Shown here: positions 27,471 to 41,775 of the stretch, in pieces
How the letters are laid out: each line of letters begins with the position of its first letter
Numbering within the stretch: position 1 is the first letter of the stretch
Source of the DNA: Octopus vulgaris
Lineage: Eukaryota
Length of the DNA stretch: 64,000 nucleotides
Direction of reading: 5' to 3'
Assembly: GCA_951406725.2 (NCBI GenBank)
Contig: OX597821.1
Coordinates: 92,132,001-92,196,000 of the forward strand
The notes under the pieces: generated by a model
The model's input: only the letters and a program-made list of their open reading frames with translations
Told to the model about the DNA's origin: nothing
The model's database searches: none
Position numbers and translations under genes: made by a program

Positions 27471-27472
<2 letters not shown>

Positions 27473-28194
27473 ATAAAACGGTAAGATAACAAAAGAAAGA
27501 AAGAGACCTCAATATTATGTAAATAGAGGAAATTTATCTATACAATATGTTACATTACTCGGTAGTCAAGATAAAACTCTGAGTTTCAGATGCCGAAGTG
27601 GAAATCCACAACACCATCTCTTCGGTTATCTGGCTATTTGAAAACGTTATGAAAAAATACCGTTAAAAATGAAGGGAAATTACTCTGTTATAACTCTGCT
27701 TTGCCTGCGTACTTATACATCACTCGCATTTTTCGTCATAAAAATTATATAAAAATACATAAAAATATATAAAAATATATAAAATCTTCTTGGGACATAA
27801 CACAGAAAGCATGTTCTATCCGTTTTCTTTAGGGGACCAAAAACGTAACAGAAATTTAGTTACGTTTTTGTTACGTTTTTGGTCCCCTAAAGAAAACGGA
27901 TAGAACATGCTTTCTGTGTTATGTCCCAAGAAGATTTTATATATTTTTATATATTTTTATATATTTTTATGTATTTTTATATAATTTTTATGACGAAAAA
28001 TGCGAGCGATGTATAAGTACGCAGGCAAAGCAGAGTTATAACAGAGTAATTTCCCTTCATTTTTAACGGTATTTTTTCATAACGTTTTCAAATAGCCAGA
28101 TAACCGAAGAGATGGTGTTGTGGATTTCCACTTCGGCATCTGAAACTCAGAGTTTTATCTTGACTACCGAGTAATGTAACATATTGTATAGATA
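27471..28194 (-). mobile_element. Young fold-back Penelope-like insertion (family P2): ~316-bp-arm hairpin plus 64-nt unpaired tail
   Basis: Arms 27535-27850 and 27869-28194 differ by about one substitution and one 10-bp unit; tail 27471-27534; (TA)n on both sides; hammerhead-like motif in each arm. Confidence 0.85.
28098..28160 (+). ncRNA. Type I hammerhead-like motif, variant core (mirror copy 27569-27631 on minus strand)
   Basis: AGATAA CCGAAGA GATG..GTGGA-tt-TCCAC..CATC T GAA ACTCAGAGT T TTATCT. 6-bp stem I, C at U4, extra U before GAAA, quasi-palindromic stem III, GUU triplet. Confidence 0.6.
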
Positions 28195-28442
28195 TATATA
28201 TATATACATATATACGACAGGCTTCTTTCAATTTCCGTCTACCAAATCCACTCACAAGGATTTGGTCGACCCGAGGCTATAGTAGAAGACACTTGCCCAA
28301 GGTGCCACGCAGTGGGACTGAACCAAGAACCATGTGGTTGGTAAGTAATCTTACCACACAGCCACTCCTGCGCCTATTTTTCCAAATTTTAAGCCCACAA
28401 AATTAGGGGCTTCATTATACACGTTAAAATACACTATATACA

Positions 28443-28620
28443 AGGTGGCAAGCTGGCAGAATCATTAGCCCACCAGGCAAAACGCTTAGCAGCATAATGT
28501 CTGTCTTTATGGTCTGAGTTCTAATTCTGCCAAGGTCAGCTTTACCTTTCATCAAGTACCAGTTGAGTGATGAGTTCAATGTAATTGATTGCTGGCCTTG
28601 GACCAAGATTTGAAACCAAT
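28443..28620 (+). mobile_element. Diverged SINE family B-related copy
   Basis: Head aggtggcaagctggcagaatcattagc, partly deleted body. Confidence 0.7.
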
Positions 28621-28657
28621 ATACTAATTACATACATTCCTGCTTATATGTGCATTA

Positions 28658-28706
<49 letters not shown>

Positions 28707-29275
28707 CTGTGTCTGCGTATTTGATAGGCATCCACACAGTTTCCATCTATGAAATTCATTCACAAGACATTGGTCAGCCTGGGGTTATAAGAGAAGAGAT
28801 GCTTGCCCAAGGTACTCCACAGTAACTTGAACCTAAAAACATGCAATAGCAAAGTTATCTTCTTAACCACACAGCCATGCCCTGTACTTCAATATCGAAG
28901 CTTATAGGAAGGCTTGTACCTGTACTTCTTACACTCACTGTCATACTGTTTCTGCTAGTGTTCAGACAGACCAAAACTTTTGTTCGTTTGAACTGGAATA
29001 AATCTGGCTGTATCTGATTCCTGTACAAAATTGCTAAAAAAAAATAAACAAATCACGTTACTGAATTCTCATAGTTTCGAGATAATGCAAGATAAAGCCT
29101 TTCCCACCTTTATTCAAGTAAAAATACCATGAAAGTTTTGAGACTTCTTGGTTTTTTTTCAACATTTGAAGTGAAGTGTATATATTTTAGCTATTAACGA
29201 TATGGCATCAGCAAGTAGTGATTCCGACTTGGAAGGTTTTCCTCTTGATGATGTACAACATATAAACAAAAACAA

Positions 29276-29507
29276 AGATGGTGAGCTGGCAGAAACGTTA
29301 GCATGCCAGACGAAGTGTGTAGTGGTATTTCGTCTGCCGTTACATTCTGAGTTCAAATTCTGCCGAGGTCGACTTTGCCTTTCATCCTTTCGGGGTCGAT
29401 AAATTAAGTACCAGTTACACACTGGAGTTGATGTAATCGACTTAAGCCATTTGTCTGTCCTTGTTTGTCCCCTCTGTGTTTAGCCCCTTGTGGACAATAC
29501 AGAAATA
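29276..29507 (+). mobile_element. SINE family B, full length, inside the piggyBac ORF
   Basis: 14-bp TSD ataaacaaaaacaa at 29262-29275 and 29508-29521. Confidence 0.92.
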
Positions 29508-30550
29508 ATAAACAAAAACAACATCGATTTGTCTTCAGACGAATCTGATATTGATATTTATGGATCTTCATTGAACAAGGAAGATATTGATTATAACAGT
29601 GATGAAAAGGATATTGAAAACATTACGGCAACATGGTTGAAGTTTACTACATCAACCACAATTGCTGCTTTCACAGAAAAGACTAGTCCGCAACACGGTC
29701 TACCTCCTGATACTCAACCATTAGACTAATTTTAATTTTACCAAAAAGTTTTTTTGAACCTGTCACAAAGGAAACAATTAAATATGCTCAATGCATAAAT
29801 TCTATTCGTGGAAGACCTCATCCACTGTGACAGCCAATTGATACTGTGGAAGTGCAAGCTTTTTTTTACTATAAACATGTTTGGTGTCAAGCAGTTTCCT
29901 CGACTGTGGAACTACTGGAATCCTGATATAAGGCATGGCGATCCATATATCTCCAGCATTATGTCTATCTATTGTTAATTCATATATTGTTTATGTAAAA
30001 AGCCACAAGGTACCTCCACCACCTAAGGATTATGACCATTTGAAATTTCGCATCCCAGTAACATGAGGGCTTCTCTTCAAGAGACCACTGAACTGGGAGA
30101 AAAGCAAAATTAATTGAGGTGTACGTCAACAGAGAAATTATTGACTTCCATACAGTGGAAAAAATAAATGGAAGGAAAAAAGTTTATTGATTGTGTTCAC
30201 TGCAAAAAAGAAAAGCTGTGAAAGGACATCAGGCTGAGACCTTATATATAAGTTCGTTTTTTAAAGTACCCTTGTGTAAAGGGTATTTTGGACAGTTTCA
30301 TGATAGAAATATGGCATAACTATATTTTGTTTTACAGAGATGTACTTGCATAGCAAGTGACCTGATCTGAGATCGTGTGCTGGAACGAAAACAATTGCAG
30401 TGTGGAAGGTGTTTATAAGCCATTTAAAAAACACATAAAAACCATTAGATTTACTTCAACATTTAAATTTAATTTGCCAAAATTCCGTGCTGCATCTCTT
30501 TTGTTGTTTGATAGTAATATTATCATATATTCCTTAAATTTTATTACAAA

Positions 30551-30896
30551 CTAGAACTATGACCCGGCAACGCCGTTTCATAGTGCTAGTGCATGCACAC
30601 ATACACGTGAGTACTGTCCAAATCTCTGACCAATCACATACAGGTAGCTGGCATTCAATTGGCGTATCAAGTTTCGGACATTTTGATTGGGTTTTGGATA
30701 GAAAATTAACAAAAAAGTCACTTCTATTGATTTTTTAATGGCTTTGCGGGGTGACTGGGGAAATGTAAAGATGTGCACGACCACCCTTGGACGGTTATGA
30801 ATGACCTTAGAAAGTGCTAGCCCTCTAACTGAAAAATTGTTGATTTGTATAAAGGACACACACAGACAGACATTTTGCCGTTTATATATATAGAGA
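30551..30896 (-). mobile_element. Non-autonomous Helitron
   Basis: Minus strand begins TC(TCTATATATATAAA), ends with a hairpin and CTAG, sits between A and T, no TSD. Confidence 0.85.
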
Positions 30897-31745
30897 TAAT
30901 ATGTGAAAGTGATAAATATACATTCATTTTCAATATGTCACACATGTATTCACTTTTGTCTCACTTGTTGATGAGCTTTCTTTATTAAATGCATTTGGTC
31001 ATGTAAATGAATTCATTAAATTGTATAAGAGTAAATAGCCAATGGTATATTAACAAGCAAAAGATTTTGTACTTCATTTTCAATGAAAATGTTCGAATGA
31101 AATATAGAGAAAGAATAAAATCTTGTATTGATAATACCTGTATTTTAATTAATTCAAATTAATGTACCTCATCTTGAAAAGTGGCAAGATTGTTGGCTGA
31201 TGACACCTGGGATAATTTTATTAACAAATCAAATAAGCAAGATGAGTCAAGTATTTCAGTTTTAGTGTTTATCCATAATGTTATTGCTTTTACACCTGTT
31301 AATCCAATTTACCTGCCCATAAAAGTTTAAAATTTAATCAAACGATCAGCTAAAATTACATAACTATAAACCAATGGTATATAAGCACCCACTGTCAAAA
31401 TTTCAAATCTGTATGTAGAAGATTAACAAAGTTACAAGCAAATATTGCGGACATGCCACTTGAACCTGAATAATTCAAAATAATGAAAACAAATAAGCAT
31501 TACATTTGACAGATTAATTTGAACAATAAATGTTTAATGGTACAAAATGTTGACTGTGGAATACTCAGCTACGTACACTTTATTACAATGGGGAAATAGT
31601 TGTGTTGATCAAATGGAACTATTGACATAGGTACATGCCTAACTGTGTGGTAAGAGGTTTACTTCCCAGCTACATGGTTCTGGGTTCAGTTCCTCTAAGT
31701 GGCAACTTGGGCAAGTGTCTTCTATGATATGACTAAAGCCTTGTA

Positions 31746-32190
31746 AGTTTAATGTCCACTTTCCATGCTGGCATGGGTTGAATGGCTTGACTAAGGACTG
31801 GCAAACCAGGAGGCTGCACCAGACCCCAGTCTGATCTGGCAAGGTTTCTACAGCTGGATGCTCTTCTTAATGCCAACCACTCCAAGAATGTAGTGGGTGC
31901 TTTTTACATGTCACCAGCATGGGGGCCTGTCAGATGGCATTGGTATCAACCACACTCGGTACTTTTTATGAGCCATCTGCACAGGAGCCATTCATGCAGC
32001 ACTAGTATCAAACAGGCTTGAATGGTGCTTTTTATGTGCCACTAGTATGGGTGCCAGTCAGACTATAATTTCATTTGGCTCAACAGGTCTTCTCAAGCAC
32101 AGCATATTACCCAACAATTGAAGGGGTACTTATGTGACACTGGCATCGGCCACAGCTGTGATCTCACTTGGCTTGCCGGGTCTTCTCAAA
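31746..32190 (-). mobile_element. RTE-type LINE 3' UTR fragment
   Basis: Homologous to 33465-33940; preceded by a SINE A head at 31635-31745 (+). Confidence 0.8.
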
Positions 32191-32199
32191 AGTAAATTC

Positions 32200-32515
32200 G
32201 GATCTTTTCCTTTTGAACGGCAGTTTTCAACACAATTTCTAGTTAACTAAACATTTTAAAACTTCGTATACTAGTAGAATGTGTTTATATTCATACAGCA
32301 CGGAATGTTTTCACCCCAAATGGACTCCAGCGATTGGTTAAAATTGCCGAAATGCTCGAAATTAAAATGGAAATATCTTACAAACTATAGAATTTTCTCA
32401 ATAAAGCCAAGAAAAAATGATGTCTTATAAACACATTGTACCAGTATACGAAGTTTAAAAGTGTTTAGTTAACTAGAAATTGTGTTGACATATGCCGTTT
32501 AAAAGGAAAAGATCC
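32200..32515. mobile_element. Long-TIR MITE (Merlin- or Mutator-like)
   Basis: ~90-bp TIRs GGATCTTTTCCTTTT.AACGGCA / TGCCGTT.AAAAGGAAAAGATCC; perfect 8-bp TSD gtaaattc at 32192-32199 and 32516-32523. Confidence 0.85.
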
Positions 32516-33426
32516 GTAAATTCTTATAAAATACTCATAAAAGAACATTATAGGGATTAGGGTTCTACTAAACACTTCAAGGTGGTGCCCCAGCATGGCC
32601 ACAGTTCAATGACTTTGACAAGTAAAAGATTAACGATAAAGAAAACTTACATTCATCACACAATTGTGAAATCCTTCATGCTTCGCACACAAATCTAATT
32701 CACACATTGCTTAACAAAGCTATGCTTGTGTGTTTATTTATTCTAATCATGATCCAATTTCAAATGAGAAGAGAAGGTGAGAGATTATATTTGCTCTAAT
32801 ATTGAAATATCTAGGTTAATTAAAAGTTACATTCAAGAAAGTTCCCTAACAAGTAAATAAGATATTACCATTAGTCACTAACATATCTTTAAAATGTATC
32901 AGCAATTCCACTTTATTCAAATCATTAGTGACTAAGATGAAAGCCAGTTTAATTATATGATATAGAAATAGATTATAAATATAGAAGAGTTTAATCCAGC
33001 ACTGTGTATATTCAAGTGGATACACTTCACCACCTACTTCAGCAAATGCTGGATTTCACCACCACCAGAACCGGCTGTATGTTTCATTTAGATGACAGCT
33101 TTGAGTAAATGATTTGTGTGTATTCATTGGTGTTTATTGGTATTTATGCAAATATAGACGTGTGTGTGTATGATGGTGGGGGTTTAAGAAGATTATTTGT
33201 CAACTGTATGGTTTCAAGTTCAATCCCACTCAGTGGTACCTTGGTTGGGTGTCTTCTACTATAGAGCCTTGCCCAACTGAAGTCTTGTGTATGAGAATCT
33301 GGGAGACAGAAACTAAAAACGTTCTGCTGTATGTGAGGGATCGATGCTAGATGTCATGATTAATTGTCATGATTAATAATAAATTCTCGTATACTCCATC
33401 TTCTCTCTTTCATTTACTATATATAT

Positions 33427-33427
<1 letters not shown>

Positions 33428-33465
<38 letters not shown>

Positions 33466-34493
33466 GTTTAATGTCCGTTTTCTATGCTGGAATGGGTTAG
33501 ATGGCTTGACTGGAGTCTGGGAAGCCAGGAGGCTGCACCAGGCTCTAGTCTGATCTGGCACTGTTTCTACAGCTGGATGCCCTTCCTAATGCCAATCACT
33601 CTGAGAGTGTAGTGGGTGCTTTTTACGTGCCACATACACAGTGGCCAGAATGGGCTGGCAATGACCATGATCGGTCGGTGATTTTCAAGTGCCACCGGCA
33701 GGGAAGCCAGTCAAGGCGATGCTGACATTGGCCACGTTTGGACAGTGCTTTTTATGTGCCACCGGCACGGGGATAACCACTACAATTTTCATTTGATTTT
33801 CATTTTGATGTAGTTGACTCAATAGGTCTCCTCAAGCACGGTATGTTGCCCTACAATCCAAGGTACTTTTGAGTTGGCTGTTTATGCGACACTGGTGTAC
33901 GTTACAACTGTGAACTTACTTTATTTGCTGGGTCATCTCAGACACAGCATATCTCCAGAGGTCTCGGTCTTCCGTCATTGCCTCTGTGAGGCCCAATGTT
34001 CGAAGGTCATACTTCACCACCTCATGCCATGTCTTCCTGGGTTTCCCTCTACCCCAGATTCCTACCTCTGTTTGGGAATGACACTTCTTCACAAAGCTCT
34101 AATTATCCATCTATAGTACATGACCATACCAATGCAAACGTCTCTCTTGCATGTCACATCCACTGCTTCTTATTTTCAACATTTCTCTTAGGGCACTCAC
34201 ACTCTGTTGTGTGTGCACACTGACATTACACATCCAGCGGATCATGCTAGCTTCATTTCTTTCGAGCCTATGCATGTCTTCAGCAGTCACGGCCCATGTT
34301 TCACTGCCGTGAAGCATGGCAGTTCTCACACATGCATCGTACAATCTACCTTTCACTCTGAATGAGAGACACTTTGTCACCAATAGGGGAAGAAGCTATC
34401 TGAACTTTGCCCAGGCTATTCTTATTCTAGTGGTAACACTCTCTGAGCATCCACCCCACTACAGACTTTGTCACCTAGGTAGAAGAAGCTATC
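33428..34493 (-). mobile_element. 5'-truncated RTE-type LINE: ORF C-terminus, 3' UTR and (TGA)n tail
   Basis: SFFYLGD..GGCSESVTTRIRIAWAKFR..VKGRLYDACVRTAMLHGSETW...RRLHWYGHVL; links the (TGA)n-tailed repeat family to a LINE. Confidence 0.9.
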
Positions 34494-34889
34494 AATAGAT
34501 CCACTCCTATTTTGTTGCAAGCCAATGCCAGACCACACATCGCAAAAATGACATTGGCGAAACTACAGAAGTTGGAGTTGGAGGTTCTCCATCATCCACC
34601 ATACTCACCTGATCTTGCCTCTACTGACTACCACTTCTAGAATTTGGATAACTTTTTGATAGGAAAAAAAATTAATTTCGACGATGCTGTAAAACAGGCC
34701 TTCTAAGATTTTACCGACTCTAGATTGCCAGACTTTTACAGTTCCAGGCTGGACAAGCTACCACTGAAATGGCAAAAGTGTGTTAACAATATGGGTACAT
34801 ACTTTGATGAATCAAACTATTCCTTGTATTTATAAATCATTAGCAAACTTGTTTTCTTTTCTACAAATTTCATACTTGACGACCTAATT
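34491..34889 (+). mobile_element. Mariner 3' half
   Basis: NRSTPILLQANARPHIAKMTLAKLQKLELEVLHHPPYSPDLASTDYHF...LDKLPLKWQKCVNNMGTYFD; TIR-like ttcatacttgacgacctaa. Confidence 0.88.
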
Positions 34890-35726
34890 CATGTCTTTTC
34901 GACCATTTCACATGATTTTATTCATTAAAACTTCAGAAGATCTTACCACTTTGGTCGTCGTAATGCTTTGCTTTCATTTGTTTAACAAAAAATCCTCCTC
35001 TTAATGATTTTGTTTTCATTTTCTATCACGCAGAAAAAGCCAGCTATCATGCAGAAAATGCTAGCTTCCAGATCGTGTTTCCTGATTAGGTAAAACTGAT
35101 TAAACTTTAAACCTCAGTAACATTTTTCTACAATTTTTTTTCTGGAACAAATAAATAACAAAATTAGATTTGACATGGAAAATTATTTCAGTATACCAAA
35201 TTTTAAAATTCTGACGTAATTTTAAAATCTCACAAAATGTGACAGAAACAGGAAAGACAATACAAAAGTAGAGAAACAAACAGTTATGTCAATTTTTCAA
35301 ATGAAATATAGGTGGAATGATTTCTGCAAATACTAAAATGTTTTTTTCTCAATTGTTAATTAAGAAAAAATCTATCGTAGGGGAAAGTTTAAAGAGATTA
35401 TGCAATCCAACTAAACATTCTATCTGTGTATGTCTGTCTAAGTATTCCTGTGTATCTCTGTGTGGAAATGTGCACTAAATTGCTTCAACTATAAAGTAAA
35501 TAGCTAAATAAATAAATTAGACTAATGGCGATTTCTCATGTTCACCTACAGCATGATGAACAGAAAATAAAGTCAGCTCTAACATGCATAATGAAATGAG
35601 CAAAACAAATTTCAATTAAAATGAATACCCTGCATGCAGATAGATTTTTTTGCAACTCATGGAGTGGCTTACAATGCATTGCTTACCCATGCATTTTAAT
35701 TTAACTGAATTATCATTTTCTTTTTC

Positions 35727-36620
35727 AAGTATCACTATTATAGGTATTTATAGTCTAGTGAAATTGAGAAATCAGCTCATAACTTAACGAAACCCTCGAA
35801 TCCATCACTGTACGCAAATACGTGCACACACACACAGAGTCGTGTACCTATGTATGCATTTATGTATGTATGTATGTAGGTATGTATGTATTTATGTATG
35901 TACGTACGTACGTATGTATGTATGTACACACAATCTATGTGCATAGATACACCAGGATCTATACACATGCAGATGAGGGTCGATTCATATGGAAAAAAGT
36001 GAACAAAATGAAATACTTATAGCATATATTGCATAGAATTTAAGTGTTTTCAACGGCTTTCAATGTTGGCAAGTGAATCGAACGTACTGTAGTTCTTTAT
36101 AGGATATAAATAATGTGATCACTTGCTTATCAGGAGCTTCGTAGGTTTGATTTTTTTTAAAGTATCACCATTATAGGTATTTATACTCTGGTGAAATATG
36201 GAAATCAACTAATAAATAAATGAAACCTTTGAAGCTATCACTGTACACACACACACGCACACACACACACACACGCACAGAGTTGAATATCCATGTATGT
36301 ATTTTTGTATATGTATGTACCCGCACGTGTCTACGTGCATAGGTACACCATGGTCTATACCCCTGCAGACGAGGGTCGATTCATATGAAAAAGAAAGTGA
36401 ACAAAATAAAATACTTATAGAAAATATTGCATAGAATTTGAGAAGTGTTTCACCATTATAGGTATTTAAACTCCGGTGAAATTAAGAAACCAACTCGTAA
36501 ATAAATGAAGCCCTCCAATCCATCCCTGTACACACACACACACATACCTACACATGTATGCACACACGTGCACACACATACACACACAGAGTCACATATT
36601 TATGTATGTATTTATGTATG
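35727..36620. repeat. Three diverged tandem units (~430, ~290 bp and a partial)
   Basis: tcac(c/t)attataggtattta...gtgaaat recurs near 35732, 36165 and 36450; gagggtcgattcatatg recurs twice. Confidence 0.8.
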
Positions 36621-38496
36621 TTTGAAGACAATCAAAACCAAATTTTCATCATTTCAAGCCAGTCACCCAATGAGTGAAAATCCATTCTGCCAATTTTCCA
36701 GTAATTTTGAAGACACACTGACAAACGGACAAAGACGAATGATTACAATATGCGTGCAGGGTAATTACACTAATTACACTCATAGTTGGGAGAAAAATAC
36801 ATTCAGTTAATGATTTAATTCTAGTCTAAAAATGTGGGGAAAGTAACTCTGATGTTTTAAATTGTGAAATATCAAATGTGGGCATTCAAAAGAACAGCTT
36901 CAGACAAGAGTCAGTTTTACTAAACCCCTTAAAATGACTGTCAAATATTACAGTTAGAAAACAGTAAATTTAAGTTGGTAGGCATGATAATTTCAAAGAA
37001 TAACTGAAAGACATTTGCTGTTAAAGGACGCAGGCACAAATTAGCATTAACAGAGTTAGCGATGTGGATAAGCTTGTGTAATTAAATACAATTTTATCGG
37101 TAATAAAGAGAAAATAGCAAGACATTAGCTTGGATTAAGTCAAGTGTAGAAAGTTAAAGAAGATAACCTATATGTATATGATTAAGTAGAATGCGTATTA
37201 ATATTTCTTCATTTAGCAAATAGTAAATACATTAAGTGGACAAAGCTATCTACAGTTTGACTAAGAATATAAATATAGCAGGTAGTGCTCTTAGTTATGG
37301 CCAAAGCAACAACTAGATTTAGTAAGCCTATAGTATTCTGGAATTAGAAACCAGAATTCTGTAATCTTCCAAAGTTGGACAAATCTCTACAGACTTGAAG
37401 AGAAGGAATTGCAGAAGTTTACGATAATATGCACGATTTAGCAAACTATGTCTTTTGAATAAAAATGTCTATCTTGGCAAAAACTATTTGCAGTTGATTT
37501 CTTTCACAAATTAACAAACAAGATGAGTTTTATCACTTTTATCCCAAATTGAAGAAACTCTATGGGCTGCATCTGTAGGAATTACAGAATATTTATGTGC
37601 ACTGCAAACAGCTTCTTTAGAATTCCAGTTAGATTTCTTGTCCAAAAAATGTTTGTGCTAGATTTCCACAATGGTTGTTGTTGAAATAGCTTCTCCCAAG
37701 TGCTTTAAACAGTAGACCACACTAATATGATTAAGGGATATCTTTGCATCATATAACAGTGCAGGTTGCTGTAAATATTCACTGTGGTTCTATATTTGTT
37801 ATATTTTTTCGTTTAAAAGATAGTTTTGTTGTTTTTATATTTGGGGGAACATGTCTTAGAGTTTTTGTTGTCACTGTTGCAGTAGTTTGTTAAAGTTGTA
37901 ATGTTTTTTGTTTGCTATTTTTTTTTGTGTTTTTGTGTGTTTCCCATCGCTTTTTTTCTACTGTGTAAATGGTTGTAGCAGCTTTTATAGCTATTATTGT
38001 CCCTTGGGTAGTCTTTAGTAGAAGTCTATGGTTTCAAATCTAGTGCCAGTAATTATTTGTATCTCTAAAAAGAACAGTTAATTTTTACATAATGCAGATC
38101 AGGTTCCTATCATATGTGCATGTTTGTTTATTTGTTGTTTGTTTGCATGTATGTATATATGTATGTATATCACTGGGTACTCATCAGAGAGGCTCAGACA
38201 ATGCTACTTGTGTTGTATGAATATTTATCATTACTAAATATACAGATGTCCTTTTAGGATGACTTCATTGTCGTACCATCTCCTATGAACGTCTTGTGGT
38301 GATGGAAGTTTGTTGACTTATTCAAATATAACCAGTTGGAAGCAATCAGTAATTTACAATTCTCATTTTCAAACCATGCAACAGGACTGAGAGGTCATGG
38401 ATGGAAAGTCAGAAATGCCATTGACAGCAAAGAAGTACAAGGATGCAGCAATCATTTGGGAAGATGGAGCAGTCACAATGCATGTATGTATCCCCC

Positions 38497-39897
<1,401 letters not shown>

Positions 39898-39967
39898 TGG
39901 CTGTCCATTTGTCTCTCTGTCTATCTATCTATACATACACACATGCTAATTTCTGGATTTATGATTT

Positions 39968-40203
39968 CACTAGGTTAATTCTATTCAGAAAAAATTAAAC
40001 TAGGTGCATTTCTTAAACCGTCAGCTTCCCATTTCAACAGCTTAACTGAAATTTAGCACATGTAATAGGAACTGAGAGGGATATTGTGGAAGAGAGAAAC
40101 TGTGGGTGATACAGATAATTTGACATTATTTTTGAATTCTGCATGAAAAACATATAAGATACAGGTATTCTTTTTCTTGGGACAAATTCTTTGTTGACCA
40201 GTG
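39968..40203. mobile_element. Possible CAC..GTG-ended DNA transposon MITE (Transib/Chapaev-like)
   Basis: Ends cactaggttaa / ttgttgaccagtg are only weakly complementary; no clear TSD. Confidence 0.3.
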
Positions 40204-40896
40204 TTATTCTCATCATAGTTTACAAATCCAAGCATTAAAACGTTACTCAGCTTTGGAGTTTTAGAGACAGATGCCCCCTTCACACACGCATATACATACA
40301 CACATGAATGCATAACTGTACATATAAGCTTATATATGAATACATACACCCACATGCACTTATGTATTAATGATGTACACAAATACATGATAGGTATACA
40401 TGATACTGAAATATGCATAAAGTAAACACATTAATATATTATATATTAATATAACAAATTTTAAAAAATAATAAAACATACAAACAATGAGGTGGCAAAA
40501 GAAACAGTAGGATGATACATTTTGATTTTATTAAGTATTTCTGTTTATTTAGAAACCAACAATGAACAGGTCATGTCACAGATGCTAAACTATAAATTTC
40601 ACAGGGTACAACCTTAAAGTTGACACCACTCCACTAACCACAAAAAAATCTGTCTCGTTATTGGCTGAAAATACAGAGTTTTTCTGATCTTTAAACCTCT
40701 GTAAATATACCCTCCAATTTTTCCCTCACAACATCATACCTTCCTAGCAATGAGACTGAAAGACTACGTTATTATAGCCAATTTTTACTTCCTTTAAAAA
40801 ATGCACATTTTGTAAACATAAAAATATAAAACAAACCTAAGTGGTATCATTTACGGAACCTGGGTGACTAATACCACAGGAGACAGCATCTGTCTT

Positions 40897-40964
<68 letters not shown>

Positions 40965-41419
40965 ATCCATCTTATCTCAGACAGACGAAATACCACTAAG
41001 CGTTTCACCCAGCGTGCTAATGTTTATGCCAGCTCACTACCGTCTTATGTCTTTGATATTAAATTACCATTTGAAGATACAACAAAATTTTATAAGGGAA
41101 TGAAAGGGAAAATTCTCCTGTAAAATTTCTCCCAGGCACTTAAAGAATTTTAAATTTTCATCACATTATTTTCAAAAAATTATAGTTTTGATGTAGTAGT
41201 TTTGCCTGCTGATGGTGAAAATTGCATTCATTTTTTATTTTTTTATTTTCAATAAAGAAACATATTACAAGTATTTAAAGTTACATAATTTTAGCCGGTT
41301 GTCTTTAGCATGCAAAACAACATTTGTCTGAAAATTATGTGGAGAAAATTTGCAATATTTCAAGTGGTTGCAAGAAATTTAACGAGATCCCAAGCCCACC
41401 AAAAAAACAGAAAAACCAA

Positions 41420-41589
41420 CTACCACTACATTACTACTACTACTCCCACTACTACTACTACTACTACTACTACTTCTGCTGCTGCTGCTGCTGCTGCTGC
41501 TACTACAACTACTACTACTACTGCTGCTGCTGCAACTACTACTACTACTACTACTACTACTGCTGCTGCAACTGCTGTGGCTGCTGCTG

Positions 41590-41635
<46 letters not shown>

Positions 41636-41637
41636 TG

Positions 41638-41682
<45 letters not shown>

Positions 41683-41697
41683 CTACTGCTGCTGCTG

Positions 41698-41763
<66 letters not shown>

Positions 41764-41775
41764 GCGCTGCTGCTG
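41420..41775. repeat. (CTA)n/(CTG)n compound trinucleotide tract
   Basis: Direct reading. Confidence 0.95.

Larger units (their letters stand above)
27097..28375 (-). mobile_element. SINE family A split by an insertion into its internal (TA)n
   Basis: Tail half at 27097-27300, head half at 28210-28375. Confidence 0.88.
28950..31533 (+). mobile_element. Internally deleted piggyBac-like transposon with nested insertions
   Basis: From ATG 29202, removing the SINE: acidic N-terminus, then FTEKTSPQHGLPPDTQPLD*F..VTKETIKYA...EVQAFF..MFGVKQFPRLWNYW...ISSIMS (PGBD N-domain). C-terminal Cys remnant CVHCK...VPLCKG.F..FH at ~30190-30305. Putative right end before TTAA at 31534-31537; outer boundaries uncertain. 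Confidence 0.7.

Noticed and set aside
37400-38090. Possible LINE ORF1 remnant on the minus strand
   Set aside because: Only a short LRHVPPNI resemblance amid many stops; not supportable by eye.
38336-38485. Plus-strand exon or ORF (TGLRGHGWKV...)
   Set aside because: More like a CR1/L2 LINE C-terminal TRGH remnant; the acceptor is weak and the ORF runs into a microsatellite.
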